Part shown: one piece after another, positions 33,485 through 38,282 of the stretch
Layout of the letters: each line of letters begins with the position of its first letter
Position numbering within the stretch: the stretch's first letter is position 1
Origin: a virus
Reading direction: 5' to 3' (one strand)
DNA: 38,282 nucleotides
Virus record (IMG/VR): IMGVR_UViG_3300029660_000072
Coordinates: 1-38,282 of that record
Notes under the pieces: generated by a model
Seen by the model: only the letters and a program-made list of their open reading frames with translations
Told to the model about the DNA's origin: nothing
Databases searched by the model: none
Translations under genes and position numbers: made by a program

Positions 33485-35389
33485 ATGAAATTACTTAAAT
33501 TAAACTTGCAAAACTTCAAAGGAATAAGAAACAGTGAGTTTGACTTTGGAGGAATAGACGCCACTATCTATGGCGACAATGCCACTGGCAAGACGACAGT
33601 ATTCGACAGCTTATGTTGGCTATTGTTTGGCAAGGATAGTTTAGACCGTGCCGATTTTGAAATTAAAACCCTTGAAAATGGTGAGCCAATTCATAAGGTT
33701 AATCATGAAGTCGAGGCCGAGTTCCTAAACGATGATGGCAATAGTTTTACTTTACGACGTGTGTATCGTGAAAAGTATAGTAGCCCTCGTGGTGGCGACA
33801 CAAAACTAACTGGACATACTACGGACTACTTCGTAAATGATGTGCCAGTGAAAGAAAAGGAATACAAGCAATATATCAATGATGTAATTGCAGAGGACGT
33901 GTTTAAGTTAATCACTAACCCTCTATATTTCAATGAGCAGTACTCATGGCAAAACCGCCGTAAGTTATTGCTAGAAATGTGCGGTGATGTGGACGATGCA
34001 AGCGTAATCAATAGCAAGGATGAATTAAAACGATTATCCGAACTATTAAATGGTAGAACAGTTGATGAGCAACGCAAGATTGTTGCTGCAAAGAAAACTG
34101 CCATTAATAAAGAACTGGATATGATCCCAGTTCGTATCGATGAGGCTTTAAGAAATAAAGTGGATATAGCTGCAAGCGAAAGCAAGCTAACAACTGATAT
34201 TGAAACCTTAAATAAATCTATTGATGAATTGGAAAGTCAAAAGGCAACTATCATTAATGGTTTTAGCTCCACAGAAAAGCGTTCAAAAATCGATGAAATT
34301 GGCCGTCAGTTGAAAGCAAGACAGTCCGAGGTGTTATCTATCTACAACTCAGAAAAACAACGTAAACGAGGCGAATATGAGGCTTTATTGACGCAATTAA
34401 AAATCATCGAAAGTGAACATGATAGATACACCGATAGGGCTTATGACTTGGCGAAAGATATTGAACGAGAAAGTAAGCGAATTGAAACCTTGCAGGCTGA
34501 GTTCGACACCTTTAATGCTCAAGAGTTTAACAAAGAGGCTTGCCCCACCTGTGGACAACCTTTGCCAGAAGATAAGCAAGCCGAGTTAGAGGCTGCGTTT
34601 AATTCTGAAAAGGCTGCAAAGTTGGAGGAATGGCAATCACTAATTGAAAGTGCGGAAACGCTAAAAGCCAACTATGAAGAACAGCGAGAAGAATTAATGG
34701 TCAAAGCCGATGGACTTACTAAAGAAATTGAGGACAAAACAAAGGCTTATGAAAGTAAATTCAAAGAATATGAAAACTATTTAGAACCTAATATCGAAGA
34801 TGATCAAGATTATAAGGAACTAAAAGCCGAATTATTCTTACTTGAATTAGATGAGGGCGAAGAGACTGACGACAAAGAAGTGGCAAGGCTTGATGATGAG
34901 ATAAGCTCAGTCAAAGAAAAGCGTGCAGCGTTAGAAACTGAGCTCAATAAATACACGTTAAATGCTGATATTCAAAAACGTGTGATTGAACTTGAAAACC
35001 AACAACAAAAACTTGCTGCAGAAAAGAATTTACTAGATGAAACATCTTTCTTAATTGATGAATTCGTCAAAGCCAAGGTGGATATGTTGGAGGAAAGCAT
35101 CAACAGTCATTTTGAATATGCTCGTTTTAAAATGTTCAATGTTTTAGTCAATGGGAACATTGAGGAATGTTGCGAAACTACTTATAAAGGTGTTCCATAT
35201 CGTAGCATGAATAATGCAGCTCGTATGAATGTAGGGCTCGACATTATTAATGCGTTAACTAAATTCTATAACGTTACTGCTCCTGTATTTATTGATAATG
35301 CCGAGGCCGTAACAGACTTTATTAAATGTAACAGCCAAACAATCAAATTAGTTGTAGACGCTGATTTTAAAGAATTAACAATGATCTAG
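33485..35389 (+). CDS. Rad50/SbcC-like SMC-type ATPase with a CxxC zinc hook
   Basis: N-terminal LKLNLQNFKGI...GDNATGKTT Walker A, a long coiled coil, CPTC at 34541..34552 near the midpoint, and a C-terminal VFIDNAE Walker B/D-loop. Confidence 0.8.
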   Translation: MKLLKLNLQNFKGIRNSEFDFGGIDATIYGDNATGKTTVFDSLCWLLFGKDSLDRADFEIKTLENGEPIHKVNHEVEAEFLNDDGNSFTLRRVYREKYSSPRGGDTKLTGHTTDYFVNDVPVKEKEYKQYINDVIAEDVFKLITNPLYFNEQYSWQNRRKLLLEMCGDVDDASVINSKDELKRLSELLNGRTVDEQRKIVAAKKTAINKELDMIPVRIDEALRNKVDIAASESKLTTDIETLNKSIDELESQKATIINGFSSTEKRSKIDEIGRQLKARQSEVLSIYNSEKQRKRGEYEALLTQLKIIESEHDRYTDRAYDLAKDIERESKRIETLQAEFDTFNAQEFNKEACPTCGQPLPEDKQAELEAAFNSEKAAKLEEWQSLIESAETLKANYEEQREELMVKADGLTKEIEDKTKAYESKFKEYENYLEPNIEDDQDYKELKAELFLLELDEGEETDDKEVARLDDEISSVKEKRAALETELNKYTLNADIQKRVIELENQQQKLAAEKNLLDETSFLIDEFVKAKVDMLEESINSHFEYARFKMFNVLVNGNIEECCETTYKGVPYRSMNNAARMNVGLDIINALTKFYNVTAPVFIDNAEAVTDFIKCNSQTIKLVVDADFKELTMI

Positions 35390-35399
35390 GAGGTAAACC

Positions 35400-36107
35400 A
35401 TGTCAAAAGAAGTTACCATAAAACAACAATCATTACCAGGCTTTCAAAGTGCCGATGGCTTTGCGTTGCTGCAACGTCAAGCAAGTATGTTCAGTAAATC
35501 TACATTAGTTCCACAGCAATTCCAAGGCGAACAAAATCTTGGCAATGCAATAATTGCATTAGAAATGGCACAACGTATGAACGCATCACCTTTAATGGTT
35601 ATGCAAAATCTATATATCGTATATGGCAACCCAGGTTGGTCCAGTAAATTCTTAATAGCTACATTCAATCAATGTGGTCGATTTGAGGCTATCAAATATA
35701 AAGAAACTGGCAAGAAAGGTACGGACAGTCAAGGTGTTATTGCCTATACAAAAGAAAAGGGCAGCGATGAGGTTATATACGGCCCAGAAGTTACCATATC
35801 CATTGCCAAACAAGAGGGGTGGTACGACAAGAAAGGTAGTAAATGGAAAACAATGCCAGACCAAATGCTACGCTATCGAGCTGCAGCATGGTTGATCCGT
35901 ACAACTGCTCCTGAAATTAGCATGGGGCTACAAACTACAGATGAAATTATCGACGTTGAGGGCAAAGTCAGTGATGTAATGGACGACGTTACAACTACTA
36001 TTGAACATAATGCCAATAGCGAAGTGATTGACATTGAACCTAATGAACCAACTTTTGTCGATGCTGAGACTGGCGAAATATTGAACGCCGATGCAATGTT
36101 CAAATGA
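35400..36107 (+). CDS. recT: RecT/Redbeta-superfamily single-strand annealing protein
   Basis: Size, position next to the ATPase and nuclease-like genes, and LMVMQNLYIVYGNPGWS...W.TMPDQMLRYRAAAWL resembling RecT-family blocks. Confidence 0.55.
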   Translation: MSKEVTIKQQSLPGFQSADGFALLQRQASMFSKSTLVPQQFQGEQNLGNAIIALEMAQRMNASPLMVMQNLYIVYGNPGWSSKFLIATFNQCGRFEAIKYKETGKKGTDSQGVIAYTKEKGSDEVIYGPEVTISIAKQEGWYDKKGSKWKTMPDQMLRYRAAAWLIRTTAPEISMGLQTTDEIIDVEGKVSDVMDDVTTTIEHNANSEVIDIEPNEPTFVDAETGEILNADAMFK

Positions 36108-36823
36108 TTAACATCGAATGTTTTGGTAGCAGTTCCGCTGGCAACTGCTACCGCATTAAATCTAGCGTAAACGGCGACGAATTATTGCTTGACGTGGGTT
36201 TACCTTTCAAAACTATTCAAAGGGCATGTAGGTATAATTTTCTCCACCTACTGGGTGCCGTAGTTACTCACCAACATGGCGACCATTCAAGGGCCGTGGC
36301 TGATATGTTAAAACTTGGCCACAAAATATATATGTTACGAGAAACTGCCGATGCATTACATGTGGTAGACGAACATTCATGGGTTGAGATAACTCCTAGG
36401 AAGTCTTTCAAACGAGGAGTATTTACAATATTGCCTTTTGAGCTGCAACACGATGTACCTAATGTTGGCTATCTTATTTCAGATGGCGAAGAGAAATTGC
36501 TATATATTACAGATACATACTACTGCAAATACACTTTTAAAGGTGTACATCACATATTGGTTGAGTGTAATCACTCTTACGAATTATTGAATAAGAAAGT
36601 CGAGCAAGATGAGTTGAGCAAGCAGCGAATGGAGCGACTTATTCAATCTCACTTTGCACTTGAAAATGTCATAAAATTTTTACGGTCTATGGATCTTTCA
36701 CAATGTAAAGCTATTCACCTCATCCATCTATCTAATGAGAATTCGAACGAGGTTGAATTCAAGAAAGCAGTGCAAGCTGCAACAGGGAAGTTAGTTATTG
36801 TGCATAAAGAAAAGGGGTGCTAA
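36104..36823 (+). CDS. Metallo-beta-lactamase-fold hydrolase (candidate recombination exonuclease partner)
   Basis: HQHGDH (HxHxDH) motif; ATG overlaps the recT-like stop. Confidence 0.8.
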   Translation: MINIECFGSSSAGNCYRIKSSVNGDELLLDVGLPFKTIQRACRYNFLHLLGAVVTHQHGDHSRAVADMLKLGHKIYMLRETADALHVVDEHSWVEITPRKSFKRGVFTILPFELQHDVPNVGYLISDGEEKLLYITDTYYCKYTFKGVHHILVECNHSYELLNKKVEQDELSKQRMERLIQSHFALENVIKFLRSMDLSQCKAIHLIHLSNENSNEVEFKKAVQAATGKLVIVHKEKGC

Positions 36824-36825
36824 TT

Positions 36826-37020
36826 ATGCGAGTAAAGTTTGATGTATTTATTAAAGCGTTGGAGGAAAAGCACCTAACGCTTATGGAGTTTAGCAACAGG
36901 GCTCAAACTATTCCACGTGCTTTGGTTTTATATCTAAGTGGCAAGCCTATTACGTTTGATAAAAAGCGTTTTATGTGGGCCGATGTGTTAGGCGTTAAGC
37001 ATGATGATTTATTTTATTAA
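36826..37020 (+). CDS. Hypothetical small protein (64 aa), possible HTH
   Basis: GGGGTG RBS and ATG 36826. Confidence 0.45.
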   Translation: MRVKFDVFIKALEEKHLTLMEFSNRAQTIPRALVLYLSGKPITFDKKRFMWADVLGVKHDDLFY

Positions 37021-37030
37021 GGGGTAAACT

Positions 37031-37975
37031 ATGGCGAAAGATCAATCTTATTATTTCAGTCATGACGTAGATGCCTTTAACGACCCTAAGATTGTCGCCA
37101 TGATTTCTGAGTACGGCGTAATTGCCTATGCTTGGTGGTGGATAATCATCGAAAAATTGGCATCATATGAAGATTACAAACTACCTCTTAAAAAGTATAC
37201 GTTCGTTGCCCTCGATAATGAATTAGGCATGAAAAACGAACAAAATTCAACATGTGTTGAACATGTGTTCAACAAAAACGAACACGTGTTGGAACAAAAC
37301 ACCTTTTGTTCATTTTGTTCATTTTTGTTCATTAACGCACTTATAAATGACTTCGAATTATTGGCATGTGATGACGAATTTTTCTGGTCGCCGAGTTTAA
37401 CACGTCGATTTGAATTGCGTAAAACCAAAAATGAAGAAATTAGCCAAAAACGTAGGTTGGCAGGTCTTAAAAGTGGTGAGGCAAGACGTAAAAATGAACA
37501 AAAACGAACAAGTGTTGAACAAAAACGAACAAGTGTTGAACAAAATGAACTAATAAAAGAAAAGAAAAGAAAAGAAAATATATATTCATATTCATATTAT
37601 AGCGACGCTGAAAATAAAAAATCAGATGAACTATTACATATGTTTGATGATGAACCACCAAAAACTGATCCATATAAAAACGTATTCAAAATTTACATGA
37701 ACGATGTTGGAGAAATTTCTCCAATGACAAAAGAAAAATTAGAATACCTTGTCAATGACTTTGGCGAAAGCGAAGTTATTACAGCTATAACAAAATCAGT
37801 TGAGGTTGGCAAAGCTAGTATTGCATATATCACTGCCATACTAAATAACAAGATAAGGGAGGAGGCTGCAAAAGAAAGTGGAACCAATAGACGTGGCAAA
37901 GGAACTGGAAAGGCTAAGGCAAAATCAGATGGCTCGGACGTCGACTGGAAAAACGAAACAGGCGAATGGCTATGA
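37031..37975 (+). CDS. Replisome organizer / replication initiator (DUF4373-like N-terminus plus DnaD-like C-terminal domain)
   Basis: N-terminal YFSHDVDAFNDPKIVAMISEYGVIAYAWWW. C-terminal FKIYMNDVGEISPMTKEKLEYLV...IAYITAILNN is a DnaD-domain pattern. Iteron clusters lie in the middle of the gene. Confidence 0.8.
   Translation: MAKDQSYYFSHDVDAFNDPKIVAMISEYGVIAYAWWWIIIEKLASYEDYKLPLKKYTFVALDNELGMKNEQNSTCVEHVFNKNEHVLEQNTFCSFCSFLFINALINDFELLACDDEFFWSPSLTRRFELRKTKNEEISQKRRLAGLKSGEARRKNEQKRTSVEQKRTSVEQNELIKEKKRKENIYSYSYYSDAENKKSDELLHMFDDEPPKTDPYKNVFKIYMNDVGEISPMTKEKLEYLVNDFGESEVITAITKSVEVGKASIAYITAILNNKIREEAAKESGTNRRGKGTGKAKAKSDGSDVDWKNETGEWL
37231..37333. repeat. Origin-like iteron cluster A inside the initiator gene
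   Basis: AAAACGAACA occurs twice. The inverted repeat GTTGAACA-TG-TGTTCAAC lies at 37256..37273, and three tandem TTTGTTCAT units lie at 37305..37332. Confidence 0.6.
37492..37550. repeat. Origin-like iteron cluster B: two perfect 21-bp tandem repeats AAAACGAACAAGTGTTGAACA (37501..37542), flanked by AATGAACA units
   Basis: Read directly from the sequence; encodes the duplicated peptide QKRTSVE. Confidence 0.65.
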
Positions 37976-38282
37976 GTTTTATAAACCTACATATGCTCCG
38001 CCTATTGTGATTGACCGTCAAAAGGATCTAAGCCGATACGGAATTAAAGGCCGATATAAGGATATGGACTTCGACAAGCTTAAAGAACTGGGAGCTCCTC
38101 CAGAGGATAAAGAGGCGTATAACAATGCCTTTAAATATTCCCTACATTTAAGCGAACATATCCGAAATGGTAAAGGGCTCATACTTATGGGGCCAGTTGG
38201 AACTGGAAAAACTAGCCTTGCAATAAGTATCTTACGAACTGCAATCAATCAAGGGTATAACGGCTACCTAATCTCAATGATA
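37878..38282 (+). CDS. DnaC/IstB-like AAA+ helicase loader, 5' portion (continues into 1..426 on the circle; 243 aa from GTG 37878, 226 aa from ATG 37929)
   Basis: The frame is open from 37857. GGAGG lies 12 nt before GTG 37878. The frame is identical to the 4..426 ORF through the 99-bp overlap. Confidence 0.75.
   Translation, partial: MEPIDVAKELERLRQNQMARTSTGKTKQANGYEFYKPTYAPPIVIDRQKDLSRYGIKGRYKDMDFDKLKELGAPPEDKEAYNNAFKYSLHLSEHIRNGKGLILMGPVGTGKTSLAISILRTAINQGYNGYLISMI
38184..38282 (+). repeat. Terminal overlap, identical to 1..99
   Basis: Direct comparison of both ends. Confidence 0.95.

Larger units (their letters stand above)
1..38282. mobile_element. Complete temperate tailed-phage genome (siphovirus-like), circularly closed; unit length 38,183 bp
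   Basis: A full set of modules is present: lysogeny, early/recombination, replication, late regulator, packaging, head, tail, lysis. The identical 99-bp ends restore a split gene. Confidence 0.85.

Noticed and set aside
38184-38282. The 99-bp direct repeat at both window ends as a biological terminal repeat (phage DTR, LTR or att duplication)
   Set aside because: It lies inside, and restores, the DnaC-like ORF and has a k-mer-like length. It is best explained as a circular assembly overlap.
1-38282. Search by eye for tRNA/tmRNA genes, CRISPR repeats, reverse transcriptase (DGR/retron), transposase/IS ends and classical restriction or abortive-infection genes
   Set aside because: None of the intergenic regions is long enough or shows cloverleaf-type pairing. 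No regularly spaced repeats were seen, and no ORF has YxDD, DDE or comparable signatures. A computational scan (tRNAscan-SE, Infernal, defence-system HMMs) would still be needed to exclude them formally.

Overview
The window is a complete, circularly closed genome of a temperate tailed phage with a long non-contractile, lambda/RcGTA-like tail. Bases 1..99 are identical to 38184..38282, so the true unit is 38,183 bp. The DnaC-like loader gene cut by the window edge (37878..38282 plus 1..426) is therefore intact on the circle. Almost all genes are on the + strand, with strong AGGAGG-type ribosome-binding sites and tight or overlapping junctions. Only the lysogeny block (integrase, mini-ImmA protease, XRE repressor; 27153..28863) is on the - strand. 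Gene order around the circle: (1) immunity switch, 28864..29241; (2) early genes: Cro-like, Xis-like HTH, small proteins, orphan N6-adenine methyltransferase, two acidic PEVK-like proteins; (3) recombination block: PcfJ-like, Rad50/SbcC-like zinc-hook ATPase, RecT-like annealase, MBL-fold hydrolase; (4) replication: DnaD-like organizer with an embedded iteron origin, DnaC-like loader, RusA, dUTPase; (5) ArpU-like late regulator; (6) a non-coding promoter/leader/terminator unit; (7) late operon: Cys-rich protein, two tandem ParB/Srx-fold proteins, a GT-A-like protein of unknown role, TerS, TerL, portal, MuF-like, scaffold, capsid, connectors, major tail, frameshifted chaperones, tape measure, RcGTA g12-g15-like tail tip, fibre; (8) lysis: holin, M15 peptidase, dual-frame spanin-like locus; (9) a terminator-insulated moron cassette of five small ORFs; (10) the attP region. 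I saw no rRNA, tRNA, CRISPR array, transposase or reverse transcriptase. The most interesting items are: (a) two co-extensive +1-offset membrane-anchored coiled-coil ORFs after the endolysin; (b) the ParB-ParB-glycosyltransferase-like trio at the head of the packaging operon; (c) a lambda 6S/tR'-like promoter-leader-terminator unit after the ArpU-like gene, whose promoter is covered by the same GTTTAC-N5-GTAAAC palindrome that flanks cro; (d) the iteron origin inside the DnaD-like gene; (e) the moron cassette. All functional calls come from motif recognition by eye and gene order; no database search was possible.
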